From the NCBI GenBank assembly GCA_035995565.1, contig DASYKK010000017.1:2286-66285 (forward strand): DNA of 64,000 nucleotides. Reading direction: 5' to 3'. The DNA is from Candidatus Angelobacter sp. GTDB taxonomy: Bacteria; Acidobacteriota; Terriglobia; Terriglobales; Acidobacteriaceae. Position 1 is the first letter of the stretch, and every line of letters begins with the position of its first letter. The notes beneath the pieces are model-generated. The model made no database searches. It was given only the letters and a program-made list of their open reading frames with translations, and was not told the origin of the DNA. The translations under genes and the position numbers were made by a program. This document shows positions 8,498-17,535 of the stretch, piece after piece.

Positions 8498-9901
8498 ATG
8501 TTGAAGACCTCTCGTTACGCGTTACCCTCGCGCGTATTTCTCGGATTCTTACTTTTTATCGGCTTGGCCGGCGTCAGCTTTGCCCAAAACGATATCGCTG
8601 CGCCTAACGGCTCAGCAGGCTATGTAAGAATGCCGGTAGCCGCAATCGACAACTCCACGGGCCAGCCAGTAGGCTCGGCTCCTCTTCTTGTGTTTCCAGA
8701 TGGCGCAGATACCTCTAAAGGCAGCTTTTCCTCCGACGCGAACACGGCCGGCAGCGGGCCGGGAGGCAGTGCTCCGATAAAAACAGCCGCCATTACAACC
8801 AGCTCCGTTGGCGGCGTAATGACCGGATTGGATACAGTGCCGACTTTTACCGGCGCGTTCTTCAATCCTAATCCGTCTATTCTCGGAGCGCGTCCCAACG
8901 GCGTGTTTCCGTTCGTCATGATAGGAAACGATCCTCGCGTCGGCAAGACGACTCGTATCCCGGCCAAGATCACTGAAGTCTCATTGCAGCTGCTGAATGA
9001 TGACGGAACTCTTCGTGCCACCATGCCCTTTGCCCCATTTTCAGATCTCACGGAAGACTCGCCGAATTTTGCGCCGTCCAATTTCACCTCCGGACGCCAT
9101 ATACAGTACGGCGACGCAGTCCACCGCGCTCAATTCTTCAACAGCATGGACGAGGACTGGCATACCGTGTTGAGCGGCCCAACAATCGTGAACCGCGTGA
9201 CCTTCACCATCCCACGCCACGTAAGGGTCCGCTTGCCCAATGGAACCATCGTTTCGGTCCAGGCTTACTTCTTTGGCCATGCACCGAATGGCGATCCTTT
9301 CATTGAATTGCTGGACTTGCTCTTCAACGCCCTCAACACCAATCAGGTCGTGAATGACATCAACGCCGGTAACTTCACTACCGATGCGCTCAATATCAAT
9401 ATGTATCCCAACACGTTCCTGTTTTCGATCAACAATCAGGGACAGTTCGCTGGTTGCTGCGTTCTGGGGTTCCATACTTACTTCTTCGAAAATGGCGTGA
9501 CCCCGCAGCCGCGCTGGATTTTCAACTTTGCCAGCTGGATTTCTCCTGGTCTGTTTGGGGCAGGCTTCCAGGACGTAACTGCGCTTTCTCACGAAGTTGC
9601 AGAAACGATCGCAGATCCATTTGTCAACACGATTGTGCCGACATGGCAATTCCCGGGAGTTCCGCCAACCGCCAAAATTTGTCAGGCAAACCTGGAGGAA
9701 GGCGATCCTATCGAAGTCCTTTCAGTGGCAACCGTGCCGCTAACGCTCAGAGAGCGGCGGGAAGTGTTCACCTATCACCCGCAGATCATACCTTTGCTGC
9801 AATGGTTTGAGATGGGCACGACTTCCGACGCAATCGGCGGCGCGTTCAGCTATCCGGATACGACCACGCTTCCGCATTCCGCGCGGCCCTGCCCGATTTA
9901 A
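8498..9901 (+). CDS. secreted hypothetical protein, paralogue 2 of a tandem pair
   Basis: CAGGAGA RBS and signal peptide ...VFLGFLLFIGLAGVSFAQN. Conserved blocks FPFVMIGNDP, CCVLGFHTYF, DVTALSHEVAETIADPFVN, WQFPG, CQANLEEGDPIEVL, TYHPQ and LLQWF match paralogue 1. Confidence 0.7.
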   Translation: MLKTSRYALPSRVFLGFLLFIGLAGVSFAQNDIAAPNGSAGYVRMPVAAIDNSTGQPVGSAPLLVFPDGADTSKGSFSSDANTAGSGPGGSAPIKTAAITTSSVGGVMTGLDTVPTFTGAFFNPNPSILGARPNGVFPFVMIGNDPRVGKTTRIPAKITEVSLQLLNDDGTLRATMPFAPFSDLTEDSPNFAPSNFTSGRHIQYGDAVHRAQFFNSMDEDWHTVLSGPTIVNRVTFTIPRHVRVRLPNGTIVSVQAYFFGHAPNGDPFIELLDLLFNALNTNQVVNDINAGNFTTDALNINMYPNTFLFSINNQGQFAGCCVLGFHTYFFENGVTPQPRWIFNFASWISPGLFGAGFQDVTALSHEVAETIADPFVNTIVPTWQFPGVPPTAKICQANLEEGDPIEVLSVATVPLTLRERREVFTYHPQIIPLLQWFEMGTTSDAIGGAFSYPDTTTLPHSARPCPI

Positions 9902-9921
9902 GCAGGACTCTGTTTTCAACT

Positions 9922-9955
9922 ATGGCGCCGGTTTCCCCGGCGCCATTTTTGTTTT
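9922..9955 (+). terminator. intrinsic terminator
   Basis: Perfect 10-bp stem atggcgccgg / ccggcgccat with loop tttcc, followed by ttttgtttt. Confidence 0.85.
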
Positions 9956-10177
9956 CCAAGCGAATATCATCCAGGGAAGTTGCCGGGAAGGTAATTTGCA
10001 TCCTGGGAAACCCCCTGATAATCTAACTAAACGGTTAATTAATTCCTTGGGGCAATGTTGTCGTGCCCTTTTTGGTGAGCTTTGAAAGATCAAAATTCGC
10101 ACCGGCAACATAAGCGCATCCCGCCCTGCGCGACGGCATCTAAAATTCGATACCGCGTCAAGAAGGTAAATATACGG

Positions 10178-11620
10178 ATGCAAAGTGTTTGGGTCGTTTT
10201 TTTCATACTTCTGGCTGCCCTTTCTTCCGCTGCTCAACTTCCTGGCTCAGCACCGGCCCCCGGGCCGGACCGCCAGACTCCTGCAGTGACCTCCGCGGTA
10301 CCGCAATCGCTTGACTCATTCAGTGGCAGCGGTAAGGTGGACAAGCTGGTTCCGGGAGTAATTCCGCTATCCCTGCTGGACGCAATCGATCGCGGGCTGA
10401 AACACAACCTGGGCTTACTTCTTTCCCAGCAGCAGACTGAACTGGCCAGAGCGCAATATCGCCGCCAGTTGAGTGCGCTGCTGCCAAATATTTCCGGCAA
10501 CGTCAATGAGTCATTGAACCAGATCAACCTGGCGGCTTTCGGCATTCCGCTGCCCGCAGGATTGAAGTCGCCGGTGGTGGGGCCGTTCGGGATTTTCGAC
10601 GCTCATGCCAACATGAGTGAGACATTGCTCGACTTCAACGCTCTCAACAAAGTCCGCGCGGCCTCTGAAAATGAGAGAGCGGCAAAGTTTACGGTTCAGG
10701 ATGCGCGCGAACTGGTGGTACTGCTGGTCGGCAACCAATACCTGTTGACGGTGGCCAGCGCCACTCGACTGGATACGACCAAAGCCCAGCTCAACACTGC
10801 GCAGACCATCTTCCAGCAGACGCAGGACCTGAAAAAAGCCGGCGTGGCTGCGGGCATTGATGTTTTGCGTTCGCAAGTCCAGATGCAGACGCTACAGCAG
10901 CGCGTGCTGGCCGCGCAGAACCAGTTTGAACAGCAAAAAATGTTGCTGGCACGGACCATTGGAATACCGGTGGCGCAACAGATTCAACTGACTGACACCG
11001 TCCCTTACGCTCCGCTTACGGCTTTGAACCTGGAAGAAGCGTTGGCCCACGCGTACCAGGTACGACCGGAATTTCGGGCGGCGGAATCGCGTGTGCGTTC
11101 GGCTGAACTTTCCGTGAAGGCCGCCAGGGGCGAAGCGCTGCCAACCGTGGAATTGAACGGACAGACTGGCTTCATTGGGCCCGCTCCCGGAACCGCTGAG
11201 AACACATATGCAATTTCCGCCGGCGTGCGCATACCGATCTTTCAAGGCGGCAAGGTAAAAGCGGACGTCGATCAGGCAGCAACCTTGTTGCGGCAGGAAA
11301 GGCTGCAACTGGAAAACCTGCGCAGCCGGGTGGAATATGAAATCCGTTCCGCGCTGCTGGACGTGAAGACCTCTGATGATCAGGTGGCCGTGGCCAATCA
11401 GCAGATCGGTCTTGCGGCTGAACAATTGAAGGAAGCGCAGGACCGCTACAAAGCCGGCGTGTCCGGAAGCCTTGAAGTGGTGCAGGCGCAGGAAGCTGTT
11501 GCCGGCGCGAATGAGAACCACATTCAGGCCCTGTATCAGAACAATGTAGCCAAGCTGACGCTGGTGCGCGCCCTGGGCGAGGCGGAGCAGCGGACGCGAG
11601 CATTCCTGGGAGGAAAATAA
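10178..11620 (+). CDS. TolC-family outer-membrane efflux protein
   Basis: Signal peptide MQSVWVVFFILLAALSSAAQ. Two OEP repeats with typical LSLLDAIDRGLKHNLGL and ...YQVRPEFRAAESR... segments. It is immediately followed by HlyD and MFS genes. Confidence 0.9.
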   Translation: MQSVWVVFFILLAALSSAAQLPGSAPAPGPDRQTPAVTSAVPQSLDSFSGSGKVDKLVPGVIPLSLLDAIDRGLKHNLGLLLSQQQTELARAQYRRQLSALLPNISGNVNESLNQINLAAFGIPLPAGLKSPVVGPFGIFDAHANMSETLLDFNALNKVRAASENERAAKFTVQDARELVVLLVGNQYLLTVASATRLDTTKAQLNTAQTIFQQTQDLKKAGVAAGIDVLRSQVQMQTLQQRVLAAQNQFEQQKMLLARTIGIPVAQQIQLTDTVPYAPLTALNLEEALAHAYQVRPEFRAAESRVRSAELSVKAARGEALPTVELNGQTGFIGPAPGTAENTYAISAGVRIPIFQGGKVKADVDQAATLLRQERLQLENLRSRVEYEIRSALLDVKTSDDQVAVANQQIGLAAEQLKEAQDRYKAGVSGSLEVVQAQEAVAGANENHIQALYQNNVAKLTLVRALGEAEQRTRAFLGGK

Positions 11621-11621
11621 A

Positions 11622-12896
11622 GTGCCTGACCCGATTAAGATATCGCAATACGAAGTGGAAGAAGACGTGAAAGAGCCTGTCCGCACTGAAGTGGAGACGC
11701 CTGAGAAAGATGACGAACGCCGCTCCGGCAAAGAACGGCGCACGCTGACGGACACTCGCGCGGTGGGATTCTTTCGCTCGCATCCCCGGGCCAAATGGCT
11801 GATTGCCGCGGTAGTGATTCTTCTTCTGATCGGCGGCTTTTTCATCTGGCGGTACTACTCGGTTCGCGAATCTACGGATGATGCCCAGATCGACGGTCAT
11901 ATCAATCCCATCAGCCCGCGCGTTACCGGCACAGTTGTGCGCGTGCTGCATGACGATAACGAAGTCGTACAGGCCGGAACACTGCTGGTGGAACTTGATC
12001 CCAAGGACTACCAGGTTGCCGTGGACCGCGCTCGGGCTGACCTGGCCAACGCTCAGGCCAATTCGACGGCAGCCAACGTCGGCGTTCCACTCACGCAAAC
12101 TACAAGCTCCAGCCAACTGGTTTCCGCAAGCGCCGGCGTGGTTGGCGCGGCCCGCGATATTGAATCGGCAAAAGCCAGGCTTAGTGACGCCCAATCCAAC
12201 TTTGCTAAAGTGTCTGCCGATCTCAAGCGCATGGAGATGCTTATCGCCAAAGATGAGATATCGCATCAGCAATATGACTCCTCGGTAGCGGCGTACAACT
12301 CCGCGAAAGCAAACGTAGACGCCGCGACCTCTGCGATCGCCAGCGCCGAAAGCCGCGCTGCCCAGGCCGCTGCCCAGGCCGAAGGCGCTCGCACCGTGCC
12401 TGAGCAACTGAAAGTTACGCGCGCACGCGCTGGAGCCGCAACCGCAGAAGTTCAGCGAGCCGCTTCTGCGCTGGCGCAAGCTGAACTTAATCTCCAGTAC
12501 ACAAGAATTGTCGCGCCGGTAACCGGCGTGCTCAGCAAACGCAGCGTCGAACCGGGCCAGACGGTACAAAGTGGCCAGCCGCTGTTTTCCATCGTGAACC
12601 TTGACGACATCTGGACCACCGCCAACTTTAAAGAAACCCAGCTTCGCGACATGAAAGTGGGACAACCAGCCAAGATCAAAGTGGATGCTTACGGCCGGGA
12701 ATACAACGGCAAAGTCGAGTCGATAGGTGGCGCAACCGGGGCCCGGTTCAGTTTGTTGCCTCCGGAAAACGCCACTGGCAACTACGTAAAAGTGGTGCAG
12801 CGCATTCCGGTTCGCATTCGCTTTGACAAAGATCAGGACCCGAATCATCAATTGCGTCCGGGCATGTCAGTAGAGCCAGTTGTGTTTACAAAATAA
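11622..12896 (+). CDS. HlyD/EmrA-family membrane fusion protein
   Basis: GGGAGGA RBS with a GTG start 1 nt after the tolC stop. It has a single TM (WLIAAVVILLLIGGFFIW), STDDAQIDGHINPISPRVTGTV, a coiled-coil Ala/Gln-rich centre, and LNLQYTRIVAPVTGV...NYVKVVQRIPVRI. Confidence 0.9.
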   Translation: MPDPIKISQYEVEEDVKEPVRTEVETPEKDDERRSGKERRTLTDTRAVGFFRSHPRAKWLIAAVVILLLIGGFFIWRYYSVRESTDDAQIDGHINPISPRVTGTVVRVLHDDNEVVQAGTLLVELDPKDYQVAVDRARADLANAQANSTAANVGVPLTQTTSSSQLVSASAGVVGAARDIESAKARLSDAQSNFAKVSADLKRMEMLIAKDEISHQQYDSSVAAYNSAKANVDAATSAIASAESRAAQAAAQAEGARTVPEQLKVTRARAGAATAEVQRAASALAQAELNLQYTRIVAPVTGVLSKRSVEPGQTVQSGQPLFSIVNLDDIWTTANFKETQLRDMKVGQPAKIKVDAYGREYNGKVESIGGATGARFSLLPPENATGNYVKVVQRIPVRIRFDKDQDPNHQLRPGMSVEPVVFTK

Positions 12897-13005
12897 CCTC
12901 GAACAGCCGCGAGGCCCGTGGCCGCCGAGCGGCCAGCAAGAAGGCAACAAACCGATCGCAAACAAGAAGCTGTAACAGCGGTTTGGAGCATAGCGACAAA
13001 AACAG

Positions 13006-14565
13006 ATGTCCGAAAGCAAGCCAGTTATCAATCCGTGGATCATCGCCATTTCGGTGATGCTTGGCACCTTCATGGAGGTGCTGGACACCACGGTAGTCAA
13101 CGTCTCGCTGCAGCATATTGCCGGCAGCCTTTCCGTTACGCCGGAAGAAGCCACCTGGGTTCTGACTTCTTACCTGGTCGCGAATGCTATTGTGTTGCCG
13201 CTTACCGGATGGCTGGGCAACTACTTTGGCCGTCGCAATATTCTGCTAGTCTCGGTCGGCGGTTTCACTGTTTTTTCTTTTCTTTGCGGTATCGCGCCGA
13301 ATCTGCCATTGCTCATCATCTTCCGCGTGCTCCAGGGCGCAACCGGCGGAGGCCTGCAACCGCTCTCGCAAGCCATCCTGATGGAAGCCTTTCCCCCGGA
13401 GAAGCGTGCCAAAGCCATGGCATTCTGGGCGCTCGGCATCGTGGTTGCTCCCATGCTTGGCCCGGTGCTCGGCGGCTGGATCACCGAAAGCTACTCCTGG
13501 CGCTGGCTTTTCTATATCAACATTCCTATCGGGATCGCGGCTGTCATCATGGCTTTGCTCTTCATTCACGATCCGCCATACATCAAGCGCGGTGCAGGCG
13601 GCGTCGACTACTGGGGCATCGGCTACCTCGCGCTGGGCATCGGCGCGTTGCAGATCATGCTCGATAAAGGCCAGGAAGAAGACTGGTTCGCTTCGCACTT
13701 CATCCTTATTCTCGGCATTCTCTGCGTCATTGGCTTCGTGTTCTTCCTGGTCCGCGAACTTGTCACTGAGCATCCTGTGGTGCAGCTCAGGATCTTCCAA
13801 AACCGTACCTACTCCACCGGTGTCTTTCTTATGACCGTGCTGGGCTTCGTTTTGTATGGCAGCACCGTTCTGCTTCCGCTCTGGCTGCAAACGCTCATGG
13901 GATACTCCGCTTTGGAAGCCGGCATGGCTATGCTTCCACGCGGTCTGGGCTCGTTCCTTTTTATGCCGATCGTCGGCATTCTCATGGGCAAAATTGAGGC
14001 GCGCAAACTGCTGGCCGCCGGCCTGATCATTTCTTCGTTCAGCATCTACCAGCTCTCCAGGCTGAACCTGAACGCCGGCTACTGGGACATCTTCTGGCCG
14101 CAGCTTTTGCAGGGCATGTCCATGGGCCTGCTGTTTGTGCCGCTCACCACCATCACTAACGGCCTGATTCCCAAAGAGCAGATGGGCAACGCCACCAGCC
14201 TGTTCAACCTGATGCGCAACATTGGCGCCAGTATCGGCATTGCCAGCGTCACGACGATTTCATCGCGCCATACACAGGTCCACATCAATACGCTTTCGGC
14301 AAACGTGAATCCTTACAATCCGATTGCGCAAAGCATGATGGCCCAGATGAAGCAGGCCTTTATGTCCCGCGGCATGGACGCCGCCACCGCCACCAGACAG
14401 GCCACCGCCGGACTCTTTGGCATGGTCCAGCAACAGGCCGCCATGATGGGTTATGTCGACGTTTTCTTTCTTCTGGCGATCATGTTCGCTGCCTGCCTGC
14501 CGCTCATTCTGATTATGAAGAAGGCCCCCAAAGGCGGAGGCGGCCCGGGAGCCATGGCGCACTAG
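13006..14565 (+). CDS. DHA2-family MFS multidrug efflux pump (EmrB/QacA type, 14-TM)
   Basis: LDTTVVNVSLQHIAGSL, GWLGNYFGRRNILL and LQGATGGGLQPLSQAIL are typical EmrB motifs. The length of 519 aa fits the family. Confidence 0.9.
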   Translation: MSESKPVINPWIIAISVMLGTFMEVLDTTVVNVSLQHIAGSLSVTPEEATWVLTSYLVANAIVLPLTGWLGNYFGRRNILLVSVGGFTVFSFLCGIAPNLPLLIIFRVLQGATGGGLQPLSQAILMEAFPPEKRAKAMAFWALGIVVAPMLGPVLGGWITESYSWRWLFYINIPIGIAAVIMALLFIHDPPYIKRGAGGVDYWGIGYLALGIGALQIMLDKGQEEDWFASHFILILGILCVIGFVFFLVRELVTEHPVVQLRIFQNRTYSTGVFLMTVLGFVLYGSTVLLPLWLQTLMGYSALEAGMAMLPRGLGSFLFMPIVGILMGKIEARKLLAAGLIISSFSIYQLSRLNLNAGYWDIFWPQLLQGMSMGLLFVPLTTITNGLIPKEQMGNATSLFNLMRNIGASIGIASVTTISSRHTQVHINTLSANVNPYNPIAQSMMAQMKQAFMSRGMDAATATRQATAGLFGMVQQQAAMMGYVDVFFLLAIMFAACLPLILIMKKAPKGGGGPGAMAH

Positions 14566-14588
14566 AAAGGGTTCTGATCGCTTGTTTT

Positions 14589-14616
14589 CCTTTGTGTCCC
14601 TTCGTGTCCTTTGTGG
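14589..14616. repeat. solo inverted copy of the 9-mer array family (cctttgtgt cccttcgtgt cctttgtgg) followed by TAAA
   Basis: It starts 24 nt after the emrB-like stop and has the same ...tgtggtaaa terminus as 2800-2812. It is followed by ccgatcgcgtgcgatcacccgatcttc, which resembles the reverse complement of the tail after 4662. Confidence 0.65.
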
Positions 14617-14971
14617 TAAAGGTCTTGGGGTTTTCCGATCGCGTGCGATCACCCGATCTTCTTCCCGATCAGTGTTATCCGTGACAGGCTGGGGACCTTC
14701 TTGAGCGTGCGCATCTGGAATGAAGTGGGCTGCAACAACTGTGTCAACCGGCTGATTGACATTAAGACTGGCAATGGACTTTGTCATAAAACCTTACTGC
14801 CTGGACCTCCGTGCTCAAGGCGTACCGGATTTTATCGACACTGGCCTTTGTAAGACCCTAGGTTGTGAAGGGTGTAAATGCCTACCCAGCTACATCCGAC
14901 AGCTTCCGGCGTCGGCCCAATTACGGTCGATCTGCTGACAAAGAAGTACCGGAAGACGCGATGATAGGAAT

Positions 14972-17026
14972 CTACTTCGACCAAGTATTCGCGGTTACGA
15001 CACCCACCTCCACAGGAACATGGCTGATAAACTCCCGACCGGCCTTGCGCATTTCATCCGCTACGATCCGTGTAACTGCGTCAGCCTGTTCAGACACTAC
15101 TTCCACAACAATCTCGTCATGGACTGTGTTAACAATCCTAGCATCGTAATTCTGTATCTTATCGAATATATATCTCAAAGCGAGTTTAGTCATATCCGCA
15201 TTCGCACCTTGGATCGGTGTGTTTTTCCCCTGCCGCTCAATGGCTGACACCTTCATTTTGTAGTCTGGATCAGTCTTTAACGGCAAAACATAATAGCGTT
15301 TCCGTCCTAACAGAGTCTTGCTGTAGCCAACCCTATTCGCATGTTCCGCCGCTCTAGCCAGCCAATCAGCTACTTTTGGATATGCCTTGAAATACTGCTC
15401 AATTAGTTTTTCGGCTTCAGGCTTCTCAACCCCAATACGGTCCGCTAACGCGGCCGCACCCATCCCATATGCTAGGCCAAAGTTAATCGCTTTGGCTTGG
15501 GAGCGCTGCACCTTAGAAACCCCATCCAACTTAACTTTAAACATTTTACTTGCAGTAATGGCGTGTAGGTCGCCGCCACTGTTAAACGCTTCACAAAAAC
15601 CCGGATCGCGGGATAGTTGAGCCAGAATTCTAAGCTCTGCTTGGGAATAGTCGCAAGTGATAATCTTCCATCCAGGTGGGGCAATAAAGCACTCCCGAAA
15701 AAAAGCAGGTATCTGCTGCACATTCGGGTGTTGGCAGCTCAATCGGCCGGTCTCAGCTCCATATTGCTTAAAATCCGGGTGAATGCGATTTGTGATCGGA
15801 TTCAATAGCTCTAAAAAGCTATCACCGAATGCGGTTACAACTTTGTCATGTTCGCGAAATTCCAAAAGCTTCTTGGCGGCTGGATGATCAATTTTCGCAA
15901 GAGTTTCTTCTTTTGTGTCTTCAAGTTTAACCCCAAAATGAGCAAAAGCCTCAATAATTTGCTTTTGGCTGGTGATGATCAATACTGTATGCTCGGCACT
16001 ATACAAATGACCATTTGCAGATGCACCTGCGAGCAACGCAAGCACCTCCTTTTCTAATCTGGCTCTCTCAATTTTGTGCTGTGCGATTATTGCTTTCCAT
16101 TTATCTACATCGATCAGCACACCAGCTAGCTCCATTTCGGCAATGGGTTGTATGGCATCGAATTCAATTTTGCTTATGGAGGTTAGACCCTCTGAGTCAA
16201 GTTGTTTTCTTTGCGCATTGTACAAAGGAAACAGGACAGCTACGTCGGTTGCTGCATACTCAAAATGCTCTATTTCTAGTTTATTCGTTTGCTGAAAGCT
16301 AAGTTGTAAACTTTTTTCCAAATCGAGAGCGAAATACAATTTGGAAACAGCTTTCAACGCGCCGGATAGGTGCGTACCTGCTGTTAGCAAGCTGTTCGCC
16401 AACATGGTGTCAAAAATATTATGCAAAGAAACACCCAAATGGACCTTAATGAACTTATAGTCGAAAGCAGCGTTATGAAGGATTTTTACTATCCCTGTAT
16501 TTTGTAGTACGGGCCTAAGCGATGATCCAAGAAAATGCTTATCGATTTTCGTTATGTCAAATATATATATACAATCGGGCGTCGCAATTTGAAGAAGGAT
16601 TAACTTGTGAATATGGGGATCTAATCCAGATGTCTCAGTATCGATCGCGAGTGCCCGTGCGGCGGCAATCGAAGCTATGACTTCCGGGACCTGTCGTGAA
16701 TCATCAATGAGTTTATAAGGTATAGCGATGCGGTTTGTAACTTTATCTATTCTATAGGAATGCCACAATGGAACTCGAAACGGCCCATCCTGTGGCGGGA
16801 CTGAGGCGACGAGCATTTCGCTGCGAGTGCCTGCCGGGTAATCACAATCCGTGCAGGCTCCGTAAACATCAAGATAAACTCGGCCACATCTAGCGCATTT
16901 GTGATAATGCGAAGAGTACCCCGGAATCGGTGACCCACAAGATCCGCAGAGAGGTTCGTCAAAATTCTGATCCCTCTCGTCAGGCAGATTCACGTAATCA
17001 TCGCAATTTGGACATCGAACGCTCAT
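14972..17026 (-). CDS. family-A DNA polymerase (3'-5' exonuclease + polymerase, no 5' nuclease) with N-terminal double zinc ribbon
   Basis: The N-terminus has CPNC...CGSC and CARC...CTDC pairs. Exo motifs: AIDTETSGLD, LHNAAFDYKF, YAATDV. Pol motifs: ETGRLSCQHPNVQQIP, ITCDYSQAELRILA, RSQAKAINFGLAYGMG, VNTVHDEIVVEV. The DNA is visibly more AT-rich than its neighbours (not computed). Confidence 0.85.
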   Translation of the reverse strand: MSVRCPNCDDYVNLPDERDQNFDEPLCGSCGSPIPGYSSHYHKCARCGRVYLDVYGACTDCDYPAGTRSEMLVASVPPQDGPFRVPLWHSYRIDKVTNRIAIPYKLIDDSRQVPEVIASIAAARALAIDTETSGLDPHIHKLILLQIATPDCIYIFDITKIDKHFLGSSLRPVLQNTGIVKILHNAAFDYKFIKVHLGVSLHNIFDTMLANSLLTAGTHLSGALKAVSKLYFALDLEKSLQLSFQQTNKLEIEHFEYAATDVAVLFPLYNAQRKQLDSEGLTSISKIEFDAIQPIAEMELAGVLIDVDKWKAIIAQHKIERARLEKEVLALLAGASANGHLYSAEHTVLIITSQKQIIEAFAHFGVKLEDTKEETLAKIDHPAAKKLLEFREHDKVVTAFGDSFLELLNPITNRIHPDFKQYGAETGRLSCQHPNVQQIPAFFRECFIAPPGWKIITCDYSQAELRILAQLSRDPGFCEAFNSGGDLHAITASKMFKVKLDGVSKVQRSQAKAINFGLAYGMGAAALADRIGVEKPEAEKLIEQYFKAYPKVADWLARAAEHANRVGYSKTLLGRKRYYVLPLKTDPDYKMKVSAIERQGKNTPIQGANADMTKLALRYIFDKIQNYDARIVNTVHDEIVVEVVSEQADAVTRIVADEMRKAGREFISHVPVEVGVVTANTWSK

Positions 17027-17290
17027 CTTGATTGTAATAACCCCTTAGGTATTGTTCATACAACAGGTGGCTTCTTTAAACAAAAGGCTTCTTCGTGTGT
17101 GCCACCGTAGCCATTCGTGCGCATCTTTCACTTCAGAATTGTTTTAGTATATATCGGCAGTGGCTGCGGAACATCAATTGGGCTTAAGATATTGGCGATT
17201 GATGATGTGAAATGCATCGAGGACTGTGCATGAATAACAAATTCGCGTGTCTGCCGGGGTATTTTGATTTAATTTCAACAGACCTTTAGC

Positions 17291-17319
17291 TTGACACAAG
17301 AAGAACCTTCGGATAAAAA
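17291..17319 (+). promoter_or_regulatory. candidate sigma70-type promoter (TTGACA-N17-TAAAAA) upstream of the NusG paralogue
   Basis: ttgaca at 17291-17296, an exact 17-nt spacer, and taaaaa at 17314-17319, in an AT-rich 509-bp divergent intergenic region. This is a motif match only. Confidence 0.3.
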
Positions 17320-17535
17320 TGCCTACACTGCGGATGTAGATAATTAAATTTCTTTGATTAGGCTGGCTTCTCGTCCGGAGCTGTAAGGATCATACAGTCC
17401 GGATGGGGCTGCAATGGCGGTAGCCTGTAATGGTGTTGCCATACCTATTGGCATAACAATGTCCTGCTTTTATGAGTTAAAGAGCAGGAAACAATGGGTT
17501 AATCCTGGATAGACTTCAACTTTCGAGGGACTAGG

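Noticed and set aside
11172-12851. 559-aa minus-strand ORF, the longest antisense ORF in the track
   Set aside because: It lies entirely antisense to the well-supported tolC-like and hlyD-like genes. Its composition is Arg/Gly/Ala/Pro-rich with no recognisable motif. This is a typical shadow ORF of high-GC coding DNA.
12918-13667. 249-aa plus-strand ORF upstream of and overlapping the DHA2 pump gene
   Set aside because: It is in a different frame from the clearly conserved EmrB-like CDS (13006-14565), and its sequence is Arg/His/Gly-rich with no TM pattern.
14260-14787. 175-aa minus-strand ORF spanning the emrB-like 3' end and the downstream spacer
   Set aside because: Half of it is antisense to the pump gene. 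The remainder reads through the 9-mer repeat element (giving ...PLPQRTRRDTKENK...), which is a repeat-derived artefact seen in other frames as well.
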